From IMG/VR virus record IMGVR_UViG_3300048625_000009, positions 1 to 60,533 of that record: a DNA stretch of 60,533 nucleotides, one strand, 5' to 3'. Origin of the DNA: a virus. Taxonomy: Duplodnaviria > Caudoviricetes. The notes under the pieces are model-generated. The model did not search any database. It was not told the origin of the DNA and saw only the letters and a program-made list of their open reading frames with translations. Position 1 is the stretch's first letter; each line of letters opens with the position of its first letter. This document shows positions 46,601-55,138 of the stretch, one piece after another. A program made the translations under genes and the position numbers.

Positions 46601-46780
46601 CGGAGTCATACCGATACCGTTCATCGCAGCAGATGTAACTGGTTGAACTGGAGTAGCCCATGGAAGCTGCTCAGTTGGTAGCTGAGACTTGTCGTGTGTA
46701 TGAAGACCTACGATACGAACTTGGCATCGACCAAGTTGTAATGGATCTTGTCTATTTTCAACTACGCCTGTATAAAACAT
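43685..46780 (-). CDS. gp5: Baseplate hub/spike gp5: OB-fold, GH19-like glycosidase, beta-helix, C-terminal M15-like peptidase
   Basis: GVVENRQDPLQLGRCQVRI N-terminus; YFGRGFIQLTGKANY; YPYNKVFETESGHVQEFDDTPGQERI; SSGYR..SDH..G...D...WIH. Confidence 0.9.
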   Translation of the reverse strand: MFYTGVVENRQDPLQLGRCQVRIVGLHTHDKSQLPTEQLPWATPVQPVTSAAMNGIGMTPIGPVEGSTVIIMFADGAQQQPIMLGTIGGIPTAPKSIEDDDSATPFDAVTKTRDIVLRTITGPTTGKQLTFIDTEAGRKDLTSGLKANMKVVGFGLSDNCTIVTIDSLNQITISEAVTGYAENIITFKDPATNLEAVNQSKLEGVLTSATGMPVTTSDGTPVRSAESQQGAPAQTPTNTSIPTIPPPKESPDASKSSAGIKALIAACDKVGLTTKEQKCALLGIAGGETRWIPQLESYNYSASRMKQIYSFATDEDIAKYSDASKKGITRAQFFSWAYGPTKRGKGFLGNMTDDDGGKYFGRGFIQLTGKANYARYQKLANEAGLNIDIVNNPDSLDTDINVSAMVAALYIKDRVSKSVKATEHPGYFLAAKKAVGVNSPDITAKKTSYYEYFYGQAAGNAVDKDAGAPVAAPPANFDGTPGPSADSIKRGTDNTGFRDPNNKYPLKEYLNEPDTNRLARGIIDGTIVERKDANIVKGIPKANGSGSWDQPMPSFGAQYPYNKVFETESGHVQEFDDTPGQERIHTYHRAGTYQEIDPNGSVINYIVGDSFTLMERNGCIHVSGECNITVDGNLNVFARTDANIEVAQNATIRVGNNLDVGVANDMYLAAGGDILVKAGGTFKVQANDVSVLADADLTMMGTGAVSTKGNTVNVESAGSMDFLAGGTLSADYAEGQFGNGAASATDVSPVELTPPPVGDPINSVVPYLIPPERKTEELAANETPEDFDTPEGRAAANAQAIAGVPNAPAPVASEEAGTPSGGSGKQVPVDCKIIYGTKNFTNDYTISKNFTLGMCMDGGVNGKHKLVDQMLKDGPNSPERVYTVQEIVCNLAMSAQNILEPYLEALPGGIGGYNKQWKISSGYRLKGVVPTESPFSDHCKGHCFDIALMLPDRNNKTYVLIQQLEKLITYDQLILEYRAPESVWIHTGYKPQGNRKMAFTMVNDSVYKRDAKGIPSGFILLDSIPPKAKKV

Positions 46781-48063
46781 TATTTGTTGTTCCCGTCAAC
46801 ACTCATGAGTAATGAGTCTTTAATTAGTTCCATATTACATTCGTGCATTTCACGAGTAATATAGTGATTCACTGCTGCAATCAGGTAGTAACCTGAGAAC
46901 ATCTTATCTGTTACGTCTGTATCATCAGTAGAGATAGGTTCCATCTTATTTAATGTAACCTTAACCTTCTGTCCAACTGTATAGTCACAACGACCTGGAA
47001 CCGTGATTTGAATTTTGTTCGCTTCTGCTGCTAACATCAAAGAAGCGCGTTTCTGTGAATTTCTATAATTAGAAGCATCACCAAAACCACTAAAGTTAGA
47101 TGTCATTCTAGGATAATTCACGATTTTAGAATTTGATCTAAAGATAGCATTATTAGAAACTACGTTGAATTTGTTCAAGTGTTTTTCGTTGTTAAACCCG
47201 TCAAACATATTGAAATTTTTAACGTTGTATGCTTTCTTAGTTAGGTCATACGATACTAACTTAGATGAAAAGAATCCATTCTTGATTCGTTCGAGATAAT
47301 CAAAACCCTTTGGAATGCTTATTGTTCCAATACGTTTATAATCTTCAGAAACATTCTTAGCATCACCACCATTTACTTTGGTGTCACGAGTATACTTGTC
47401 CATAACAAACTCTTGATAAACTTCGCCATCATATAATGTCTCTAAGCTAGTGAAGTAGAATCCATCGCGATTTTCATAGAATACAAAACTTGGAGAACCT
47501 GACTTGTTTTCTGCCAACTGAGTTGCATGGTTAATAGCTTCAACAGGTGACCAGAAATTTGAAATAAATTTAGCGATCTTAGATGTTGGTTCAGAGATAA
47601 ATCGTTTCGTAGTCTGAAGACCATTCACTTGATCTTGAAGTAGGCTCTGGATAATCACTTCTGGTTTATCACCATAAACACGACTAATCTTTTTATTCAA
47701 ATCAACAATAGCTTCATTGGAAATAAAATGTAGTTGGTAAACCATATTTCTATCGCCAAGCATCTCTCTATCTGTCATCTTATAGATGTAGAACTTAGCC
47801 TTGATGTTACCATTCTGTAGAGATGGTGTGTTAATTTCAATCTCAACTTCTTCTTCTCCAGCAAATGGGAATAAGTTGATAAGGTCTAGCGATTCTTTTA
47901 GAATTAAACTACCTGTAATGAATGGCGAGAACAAGTCTTCAAAAATTTGAATGTTGATAACCTGCGCAGTAATATCTTGAGCAAGACCGCTGCGTGTTAC
48001 GATTTTAATTTTGGAGATATTTACATCACCAGCAAATCTAACTGCTTGTTCTGACGATTGCAT
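46780..48063 (-). CDS. Baseplate hub protein (gp27-like position)
   Basis: IFEDLFSPFITG, FYENRDGFYF, VPG..VGQ and SGYYLIAAVNH pattern of hub proteins; lies between gp53 and gp5. Confidence 0.65.
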   Translation of the reverse strand: MQSSEQAVRFAGDVNISKIKIVTRSGLAQDITAQVINIQIFEDLFSPFITGSLILKESLDLINLFPFAGEEEVEIEINTPSLQNGNIKAKFYIYKMTDREMLGDRNMVYQLHFISNEAIVDLNKKISRVYGDKPEVIIQSLLQDQVNGLQTTKRFISEPTSKIAKFISNFWSPVEAINHATQLAENKSGSPSFVFYENRDGFYFTSLETLYDGEVYQEFVMDKYTRDTKVNGGDAKNVSEDYKRIGTISIPKGFDYLERIKNGFFSSKLVSYDLTKKAYNVKNFNMFDGFNNEKHLNKFNVVSNNAIFRSNSKIVNYPRMTSNFSGFGDASNYRNSQKRASLMLAAEANKIQITVPGRCDYTVGQKVKVTLNKMEPISTDDTDVTDKMFSGYYLIAAVNHYITREMHECNMELIKDSLLMSVDGNNK

Positions 48064-48818
48064 TATAATTGTTCTTTAAAGTTCTTCAGTACAATAGAAA
48101 TCAAATTCTTAGAAATCAATTTTATTCTACGTTTAGATTCATTGACTATTTCTTCATATTGTCTATTAGAAACCGATACTGCGCCACTTGCAGTTTGATT
48201 GACAATATAACCATTAGCATCTTCATAGTGGTGTACAGCATCAGCGTCTACGCCATATTTGTCTTGTACGAACTGATCTAATGCCAACTGTGTTAGTGGA
48301 AAATCTGCTTTGTAGTCATACATATCGTTCGTTAACATAACGATCCAATGATACTGAGCATTACCGTAAACTTTCTCAGCAATAATCTCTGGAGTCTCTC
48401 CATCAATGATATCGTATTCATCATACATTGTGATATTTGAAAGAACATCACGACGGAAACGAATATTACGAGAGATGTCAGTCATCAAGAAGGCTTTAGT
48501 TTCTTTCTTGATAATACCATATGGTGGAGTGATAACTACTGTCGGAGTTAGAGTGTATCCAACACCATTGGTTAGCATGATAATATTAGTGATAACACCA
48601 TTAGTAATAACTGCTTTGGCAGAAGCAGTCACACCAGTATTTTCTGGTTCAGAGAATGTAACTGATGCTGATGTATATCCAGATCCAGGGTTTGTGATTG
48701 TTACTGAACCAACTCCACCTGCCGTAAGGTTAGCGATAGCAGTGGCTTGTGTTCCATCTGCTTTCTTGGAGTTAATATCAAAGTCGTATAAGACTTTCGG
48801 GAAATCCTTAAAGTACAT
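48063..48818 (-). CDS. gp53: Baseplate wedge protein gp53 with inserted GxGY-P domain
   Basis: YFKDFP..Y, GETPEIIAEKVYG..YHWIVMLTN and NESKRRIKL motifs. Confidence 0.9.
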   Translation of the reverse strand: MYFKDFPKVLYDFDINSKKADGTQATAIANLTAGGVGSVTITNPGSGYTSASVTFSEPENTGVTASAKAVITNGVITNIIMLTNGVGYTLTPTVVITPPYGIIKKETKAFLMTDISRNIRFRRDVLSNITMYDEYDIIDGETPEIIAEKVYGNAQYHWIVMLTNDMYDYKADFPLTQLALDQFVQDKYGVDADAVHHYEDANGYIVNQTASGAVSVSNRQYEEIVNESKRRIKLISKNLISIVLKNFKEQL

Positions 48819-48819
48819 T

Positions 48820-49953
48820 TTATAGACCGTCCTTAATTTTATCTTTTGTCAACAGAGCCAATTCGCGGAATGATAGTGTCAAATTGATTTGTGTTGGCTG
48901 TCCATCCGAGAATGTTGTGAACAATCCATTTGGTGTATAGTTTACATTGACTTCAGTTAATACACAAGACGTATGGCGGTGTAGATTCTTATTCTCTTTA
49001 CCATTCGAGTAGTACATAATGTCAAACTCAGAAGGATAGATGTAAACGAAATTATTGGCATCCTTAAATTCTGGATGCATGTGGTATTTAAATTCTTGAA
49101 TGATATTCATTACATTCTGTGCCTCAGTAGAACTACGAGGAAAGAATTGGTACTCGAATGAGAATGTTCTAAAGTCAACACCTTTGAACACTTGTTCTTT
49201 TTTAGGGTTTGCTGCCAAGCCCAATGCAGCGGAGTTTGCTCCTTGGTTTGGACCTTTAGATAACGCTAGGTTAGTAATAACAGCTTGTGCTACGCCAGTG
49301 ACGTTACTATTTTTACCAAGAGATGATACTGCCTTTACAATTTCAGTTCCAGCCACATTAGCCATAGCCAATGAAGACGTATCATCTTCAGACCATTGAA
49401 CTCCATAGTGAACAGATAACTGATTTGGAATGTGAAGAGCGATGGCAGTCTTCAATCTACGCTGAGAACGTTTGGCATCTGGAGCCATAGAAGCAGCCAC
49501 ACCGACACCAACTGTAGCGATACCTGCTACCGCAGCACCTTGCATAGATCCTTTTTTGCCATTGAGAATAGTACCAGCAGCAATACCTTGAATGACTGAA
49601 GTTACACCATTAGAAGCAACTAAACCAGCTGTAGACATATTTTGCCCAATAAGGTCACCACGATCTCTTGGAGAATAGTCTTTTACTGTCTTAACACCAG
49701 TATCTTTGAATAGTTTGGAATCAGTTGCTACGTTGATATAGAACATAGCGTAGTTACCACCGTAACGACCATCTGCAGCCATTAAGTCCTCTGGATAAGA
49801 GTGACTGCTAATGTCATATTTACCATCTTCAAACGGCGATGATGTTCCTCTAGCCGTATAAAGGTTAGCAGGATTTTCTAATGATTTGGCATAGCTATTT
49901 GCTGCGTCTACTTTAGACTGTAGAGCTGCCGTTGCGTCTGTGAAGAGTGACAT
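48820..49953 (-). CDS. gp48: Baseplate tail-tube cap gp48
   Basis: NPKKEQVFKGVDFRTFSFEYQFFPRS..EA and CVLTEVNVNYTP motifs. Confidence 0.88.
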   Translation of the reverse strand: MSLFTDATAALQSKVDAANSYAKSLENPANLYTARGTSSPFEDGKYDISSHSYPEDLMAADGRYGGNYAMFYINVATDSKLFKDTGVKTVKDYSPRDRGDLIGQNMSTAGLVASNGVTSVIQGIAAGTILNGKKGSMQGAAVAGIATVGVGVAASMAPDAKRSQRRLKTAIALHIPNQLSVHYGVQWSEDDTSSLAMANVAGTEIVKAVSSLGKNSNVTGVAQAVITNLALSKGPNQGANSAALGLAANPKKEQVFKGVDFRTFSFEYQFFPRSSTEAQNVMNIIQEFKYHMHPEFKDANNFVYIYPSEFDIMYYSNGKENKNLHRHTSCVLTEVNVNYTPNGLFTTFSDGQPTQINLTLSFRELALLTKDKIKDGL

Positions 49954-49960
49954 ATTTTCT

Positions 49961-49984
49961 CTAAATAAAGGTGGTGTTATTTAT
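49961..49984. promoter_or_regulatory. Overlapping divergent late promoters (CTAAATA on +, ATAAATA on -)
   Basis: ctaaata at 49961-49967 faces gp4; tatttat at 49978-49984 faces gp48; located at the strand switch. Confidence 0.65.
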
Positions 49985-50001
49985 TCCCTAATTAGTTATT
50001 T

Positions 50002-50448
50002 ATGTTCCATAAAAGAAAGTTCGTTCCAGTCTTTGCAGAAAAGTACACTGGAGATCCATCAAATATCATTATGAGGTCTTCATGGGAGACTCAATTTGCA
50101 AATTGGTGTGACAAGAACCCTAAAGTGATTAAATGGAGTTCTGAAGAGACTATCATCCCATATCGCTGCCCGACTGATAACAAGATCCACCGTTATTTCG
50201 TAGACTTCAAGATTCAGGTAGCCACAACAGGCGATACGCTAAAGACATATCTGGTCGAAGTTAAACCTGCCCAGCAGTGCCAACCACCTGTGTATCCAGG
50301 TCGAAACACTAAAAAGTATCTGACTGAATCTTATACCTATATCAAAAACCAAGCTAAGTGGGAGGCAGCGAAACAGTACTGCCTCGATCGTAAGTGGGAA
50401 TTTAAGATTATTACTGAGTATGAACTTGGGCTGAAGAAGCCTAAATAA
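50002..50448 (+). CDS. gp4: Head completion nuclease gp4
   Basis: KYTGDP..I..RSSWE, WSSEE..IPY, HRYFVDF, EVKP and NQAKWEAA motifs. Confidence 0.95.
   Translation: MFHKRKFVPVFAEKYTGDPSNIIMRSSWETQFANWCDKNPKVIKWSSEETIIPYRCPTDNKIHRYFVDFKIQVATTGDTLKTYLVEVKPAQQCQPPVYPGRNTKKYLTESYTYIKNQAKWEAAKQYCLDRKWEFKIITEYELGLKKPK
50441..50447 (+). promoter_or_regulatory. Late promoter core CTAAATA upstream of gp2
   Basis: Overlaps the gp4 stop, a few nt before ATG 50453. Confidence 0.55.
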
Positions 50449-50452
50449 GATT

Positions 50453-51055
50453 ATGGCTAAAAAACCACCAATGCAAGACGTCTTCGAACGTAACCAATTT
50501 GACCTTCTAACAGCTGTTAAAAGATCGAGAAGCTGGTTCGATAAACAGGTCCACGAGATGGCTAAGCAACAACTCACCCCTAAGAAAGTGTTAAATGGAG
50601 ACGTAAGTGCTCTGACAACACAACTAATTCCAGGGAATTTGTACATGTATGCTTATGATCCAAAGACCAAAGAAGACCTTCCATACTATGATAGATTCCC
50701 TCTAGTTTTCCCATTCAGAAAAACAACTGATGGGTTCTATGGTTTGAATATGCACTACTTGCCATATGTCCTACGTATGCAGTTACTCGATAACCTTCTA
50801 GCGTTTAAATCAAACTCTAGATTAGACGAGACAACTCGATTGAAATATTCGTGGGCTATGATTGATGGTGTCTCTAAATTCAAAGCAGCCCAACCATGTG
50901 TCAAACAGTATTTAACTGGACACGTAAGAAGCCAATACAGAAAAGTCGATTCCAGCGACTGGGCTACTGCTATGTTACTACCTGTCGAACAATTCGTCGG
51001 TGCCAGCAAGCAGAAAGTCTGGGATGAGTCCAGAAGAAAAATTAGAAAACTATAA
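50453..51055 (+). CDS. gp2: DNA end protector protein gp2
   Basis: YDPKTKEDLPYYDRFPL, GLNMHYLP and CVKQYL motifs. Confidence 0.93.
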   Translation: MAKKPPMQDVFERNQFDLLTAVKRSRSWFDKQVHEMAKQQLTPKKVLNGDVSALTTQLIPGNLYMYAYDPKTKEDLPYYDRFPLVFPFRKTTDGFYGLNMHYLPYVLRMQLLDNLLAFKSNSRLDETTRLKYSWAMIDGVSKFKAAQPCVKQYLTGHVRSQYRKVDSSDWATAMLLPVEQFVGASKQKVWDESRRKIRKL

Positions 51056-51723
51056 TGGCAACTATCAAAGAATTCACAGCAGCTGTAAAGAGTAACGGAT
51101 TAGCTAGAACTAACCGTTACGCAGTCGTATTCTCTTTACCAAAGGGTATGTCTGAGAGAGCAGTGACTCAAACTGCGTTAATGTTTTGCGAACAAATTCA
51201 ACTTCCAGGTACTAATTTCTCCACAACACAGAACAGATCATTCGGTGAATTTAGAGAAACACCATACGAGAAATTGTATGAACATATCAACTTATCATTC
51301 TATGTTGATAAAGATATGCAGATCAAGAAATTGTTCGATGATTGGAACAATTGTATCTACAATCCAAAAACTCGCGTGTTCAATTACTATGATCAGTACA
51401 TAACCGACATCAAGATCGAAGTTCATGATATGACTGACCAGAAGAAATATACAATTGAACTTCATGAATGTTATCCAAAAAGCATTGGAGCTGTTCAATT
51501 AGATTATGCGTCAAAAGACGTTATGAAGTTATCAGTTTCCATGGCGTACAAGTGGTTCGAGACTTCTACTGAACCACTAGCAATACCAGATGGCATTCCT
51601 AGAAATGCTCTAACAGATAGACTAATGAACTTTGCTGTTGGAACTGCTGGTGCTTATGCAGTAACAAAATTGCCTGCGCTACAAAAGAAAATATCAGGCT
51701 TTACCTCAAAACTAAAATTCTAA
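51055..51723 (+). CDS. gp54: Baseplate tail-tube initiator gp54 (gp19-like fold)
   Basis: GLARTNRY, CEQIQLPG, FYVD and ECYPKSI tube-family motifs. Confidence 0.8.
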   Translation: MATIKEFTAAVKSNGLARTNRYAVVFSLPKGMSERAVTQTALMFCEQIQLPGTNFSTTQNRSFGEFRETPYEKLYEHINLSFYVDKDMQIKKLFDDWNNCIYNPKTRVFNYYDQYITDIKIEVHDMTDQKKYTIELHECYPKSIGAVQLDYASKDVMKLSVSMAYKWFETSTEPLAIPDGIPRNALTDRLMNFAVGTAGAYAVTKLPALQKKISGFTSKLKF

Positions 51724-51736
51724 AAGGGTGATCACT

Positions 51737-52177
51737 ATGGCAGACGAAGAAAAGAAAATCAGCGCAAGCGAACAGAAAAAAGAAGATTGGATGAACTCCA
51801 AGTGGCGTCCGATGATGGGTTGGATGTACATGGCTATTTGTACAGCAGACTTTATGTTGTTCCCTATTCTATGGTCTTTAGCACAAACGATTCTAAAGCA
51901 GCCTATTAGCCAATGGCAACCACTAACACTACAAGGTGCTGGTTTATTCCACGTGGCCATGGGTGCAGTATTAGGTATCTCAGCAATGGGTCGTACACAA
52001 GAAAAGATCGCAGGAGCAAATAATGGCGGAGCCAACACACCAAGCACAACTGCAACACCTAGCGTATCTGCGCCAAGTGCAATCCCAAAACCAATATTAT
52101 CAACCCCAGCTGCAACAGCAGCACCAGTTGGTCTCGACCCAAGTGATCCACCAACTAGAAACACTAGAAACGACTAA
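51737..52177 (+). CDS. Holin-like membrane protein (3TM / GTA-holin family); likely start MADEEKK
   Basis: WMNSKWRPMMGW, two hydrophobic helices and LGISAMGRTQEK motif; Pro/Thr-rich tail. Confidence 0.7.
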   Translation: MADEEKKISASEQKKEDWMNSKWRPMMGWMYMAICTADFMLFPILWSLAQTILKQPISQWQPLTLQGAGLFHVAMGAVLGISAMGRTQEKIAGANNGGANTPSTTATPSVSAPSAIPKPILSTPAATAAPVGLDPSDPPTRNTRND

Positions 52178-52182
52178 ACAAT

Positions 52183-52599
52183 ATGAAACTTGATGATTCT
52201 TTGTCAGAAATCTTCGATGTCGCTCCGATGTCGAAGACTGAAGTGATCTCGAAAGACGGTGAAGTAATTCCAGAGTCTAACGATAGGATTGAAACTGATT
52301 ATGATGTAACACGAAATAATCTTCGCGAGTTACTTGCTACAGGACAAGCAGCGCTAACGCATGCATTAGAAGTAGCTAAACAATCTGAGCACCCACGCGC
52401 CTTCGAGGTAGTGGGTAACTTAATGAAACAACTAGCTGATGTGAACCAACAATTGATGGACATTCACCAGCAAAAAGCCAAGTTAGATGCCCCAAAGGGT
52501 ATCGCAAAAACTGGTGGTGATAAAGTGACCAACAATGCTATCTTCGTGGGTAGCACTGCTGAATTAAACAAAATGATCAAGAAAATGCAAGGAGAATAA
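52183..52599 (+). CDS. gp16: Terminase small subunit gp16
   Basis: DYDVTRNNL, A..SEHPRAFEV and NNAIFVGSTAEL are gp16 motifs. Confidence 0.9.
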   Translation: MKLDDSLSEIFDVAPMSKTEVISKDGEVIPESNDRIETDYDVTRNNLRELLATGQAALTHALEVAKQSEHPRAFEVVGNLMKQLADVNQQLMDIHQQKAKLDAPKGIAKTGGDKVTNNAIFVGSTAELNKMIKKMQGE

Positions 52600-52601
52600 T
52601 T

Positions 52602-53324
52602 ATGGCTTTACCAATTATGGCAACACCAACGTACAGTTTGGTGATACCTTCTAGTGGAGTGAGTGTTAAGTATAGACCATTTCTGGTCAAAGAAGAAAAG
52701 GCTCTTCTAATCGCGCAACAGTCTGAAGATATTAACGTTATGGTCGACAGCCTGAAGGGTGTCATCAAGAGTTGCGTTATGGATAAGATTGATGTAGACA
52801 AATTAGCAATATTCGATATCGAGTATATTTTTACTCAGATTCGCGCTAAGTCTGTTGGTGAAATTGTTGAACTCTTGTTTCCATGCGATGTTGATCATGG
52901 TGAAGACAATGATAAAGCTAAGATTAAAATTTCTATCGACATCTCTAAGCTAGAAGTCGAGAAGCCAGAAGGGCATACAAACAAGATCGAATTGTTCGAT
53001 GATGTTGGTATTGTAATGAAGTATCCTTCTATGAAAGTTCTAGCTAGACTAGAACAATTGGATACTGAAAACATTGATGCCATCTTTGACGTGATTGCAG
53101 ATTGTATTGATATCATCTATCAAGGTGATGACCTTCACTATGCTTCTGAACAATCCAAAGAAGAACTGTTGCAGTTCTTGGGTAACTTGACAACAGAACA
53201 ATTTAAGAACCTACAGACATTCTTCACTACTATGCCTAAGATTAGAAAAGTAGTTGAGTATGACTGCCCAATTTGTGGTAAGCACCACACAGCAGCCTTG
53301 GAGGGCATGCAAAGTTTTTTTTAA
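52602..53324 (+). CDS. gp26: Baseplate hub assembly protein gp26 (probable tail assembly chaperone)
   Basis: MALP...YRPFLVKEEKALL, FDIEYIFTQIRAKSVGE, MKYP, FFTTMPK and final GMQSFF motifs. Confidence 0.88.
   Translation: MALPIMATPTYSLVIPSSGVSVKYRPFLVKEEKALLIAQQSEDINVMVDSLKGVIKSCVMDKIDVDKLAIFDIEYIFTQIRAKSVGEIVELLFPCDVDHGEDNDKAKIKISIDISKLEVEKPEGHTNKIELFDDVGIVMKYPSMKVLARLEQLDTENIDAIFDVIADCIDIIYQGDDLHYASEQSKEELLQFLGNLTTEQFKNLQTFFTTMPKIRKVVEYDCPICGKHHTAALEGMQSFF
53315..53322 (+). other. Putative -1 ribosomal frameshift slippery site (T TTT TTT, 8-T run) at the gp26 stop
   Basis: AGT TTT TTT TAA; the -1 frame is open from here through gp51. Confidence 0.6.
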
Positions 53325-53506
53325 TTAACCTGTGTCATGAGAGTTTAGTAAATTACTATAAAATGAACTTCGCTCTGATGCAGTACCACAAATATTCTTT
53401 GGAAGAATTAGAAACAATGATTCCGTTTGAGCGTGAAATTTATGTCCATATGTTAATTCAGTATCTAGAAGAAGAAAAACAAAGATTAGAATCTAAGAAG
53501 AGATAA
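53321..53506 (+). CDS. gp51: gp51-like baseplate hub assembly ORF (not in ORF track); first ATG 53363, frame open from the slippery site
   Basis: Manual translation LINLCHESLVNYYKMNFALMQYHKYSLEELETMIPFEREIYVHMLIQYLEEEKQRLESKKR*. Confidence 0.8.
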   Translation, partial: LINLCHESLVNYYKMNFALMQYHKYSLEELETMIPFEREIYVHMLIQYLEEEKQRLESKKR

Positions 53507-53508
53507 AA

Positions 53509-55092
53509 ATGCCAAAAAGAACAGGTAACAGCTCAGTCAACTCAAGCATTAGACAAGGCACCAAATCAGCAGAAGAAGGTTTTGGTGGGATTCTTGCTGC
53601 ACAAGAGGCTTCTCTCGGTGAGTTGGTCTCTATTAAGAACCTGTTGGAATTGTCTAGATCGCAAGAGAAAAATAAAGCAATGGTGTCTGGTGGTGCTGAT
53701 ATGGCAGACATTCAAGACAAGATTCTCTCTACATTAGGTGACCAACTAAAGTCTACTAAACGTAGAGAGAAAACATACGATGAATGGGTTCGCGAGTGGA
53801 GAGCAGAATCATCTAATATTGCTGAGATGGCTAAACTTATGAATACACAAGGTAATGTATTTGAACAGATGCGTGATTCTTTTAGAGGTACTGTTAACAG
53901 CGTTAAAGACAAAGTTGGTATTAAGAACGGTGGGCTTGGGCGTACTGTTATGGGCGCACTAAATGTCGGTGGTATATTTAATAAGTCTATTGAGAAAAGT
54001 AAATTTAAAGAAAAGCAGCGCCTTCTTGGTGGTGATACTAGTGACGCAAACGCTGAACAAGCATATCAAGCCTCTAAACAAATTAAAGCACATGACGCTA
54101 AAATAGAAAAATTTAAAGCTGCTACTGGTTTATCTCATGAACAAATGATGAATACTGAAGCTGGCAGTAAACTACTAGCTACACGTAATGAATTAACTGA
54201 TAGCTATTCTGCCACAGATAAAGCATCACATGTTTTTGATTCTACTATTAAAGGTAGATCTGTAGATGAAGGTGCTGCTCAAGAATATCAGATGGAAGCA
54301 GCTAAAGATAAAGAGCGCGAATTAAAACTTCTAGAAGATATTAGTTCTAAGTTAGGTAACAAAGCGACTCCAGAGAAAGTCAAAACAGAAGGATCTTCTG
54401 AAGGTGGCGGTCTAATGGATATGATTACTGGATTCTTGGGCGAAGGGTTCATGACTGCTCTTAAGTCAATGTTTAGCCCAATGAATATTCTTAAATCTCT
54501 TGGTAAAGTATTTGCTATTGGTATGATTGTTGGTGCACTATTCGAAGGTATCACAGATGGCTTCGATGAGTATATGAAAACAGGCAGTATTGGTAAAGCA
54601 CTAATTGCTGGACTAGCTGGTATCGTAGACTTCTTAACATTCGGTCTATTTGATAAAGACGCTATCAAAGAAGTTATTGGTGACTTTGGCGCATGGATTG
54701 GTGAACATGTTGTTGATCCATTTATGAACTTTTTTAAGACTGCTAAAGATGGTTTGATGTCTGCTCTAGGTAGTATCGGTGTCCCAAAAATGACGCTGTT
54801 TAAGAATCCTCTTACTGGAAACGATGTAACAGTTGGTCCATTCTATCCATTTAAGAGTGAAGGTGGTTCTACTTCACCAGAAGCACCTGCTCCAACTTCT
54901 GCTTCTACAGTTGATCAAAAGTCTGCTGATAATGCTGCGTCTGCTGTTCCTCAATCTCAAGCTGGTGGAACTACTGTTGTTAATGCTCCAACTAATAACA
55001 ACACTACTCAGAATCAAAATATCCGTGCTCCGATTCGCAATCAGGATTCGTCAGCTACACGGTATGTTGATAGTCGACAACGATACGCATAA
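53509..55092 (+). CDS. Probable tape measure / hub protein (gp29-like)
   Basis: 527 aa helical protein with Gly-rich hydrophobic segments and TTVVNAPTNNNT tail; follows gp26/gp51; length near T4 gp29. Confidence 0.6.
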   Translation: MPKRTGNSSVNSSIRQGTKSAEEGFGGILAAQEASLGELVSIKNLLELSRSQEKNKAMVSGGADMADIQDKILSTLGDQLKSTKRREKTYDEWVREWRAESSNIAEMAKLMNTQGNVFEQMRDSFRGTVNSVKDKVGIKNGGLGRTVMGALNVGGIFNKSIEKSKFKEKQRLLGGDTSDANAEQAYQASKQIKAHDAKIEKFKAATGLSHEQMMNTEAGSKLLATRNELTDSYSATDKASHVFDSTIKGRSVDEGAAQEYQMEAAKDKERELKLLEDISSKLGNKATPEKVKTEGSSEGGGLMDMITGFLGEGFMTALKSMFSPMNILKSLGKVFAIGMIVGALFEGITDGFDEYMKTGSIGKALIAGLAGIVDFLTFGLFDKDAIKEVIGDFGAWIGEHVVDPFMNFFKTAKDGLMSALGSIGVPKMTLFKNPLTGNDVTVGPFYPFKSEGGSTSPEAPAPTSASTVDQKSADNAASAVPQSQAGGTTVVNAPTNNNTTQNQNIRAPIRNQDSSATRYVDSRQRYA

Positions 55093-55093
55093 T

Positions 55094-55119
55094 AAAAAAG
55101 GGAGCGCAAGGCTCCCTTT
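55094..55119. terminator. Terminator between the convergent tape-measure and gp32 genes
   Basis: AAAGGGAGC-GCAAG-GCTCCCTTT; long U-tract on minus strand, short on plus. Confidence 0.85.
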
Positions 55120-55138
55120 AATCATTTCTCAGAATGGT

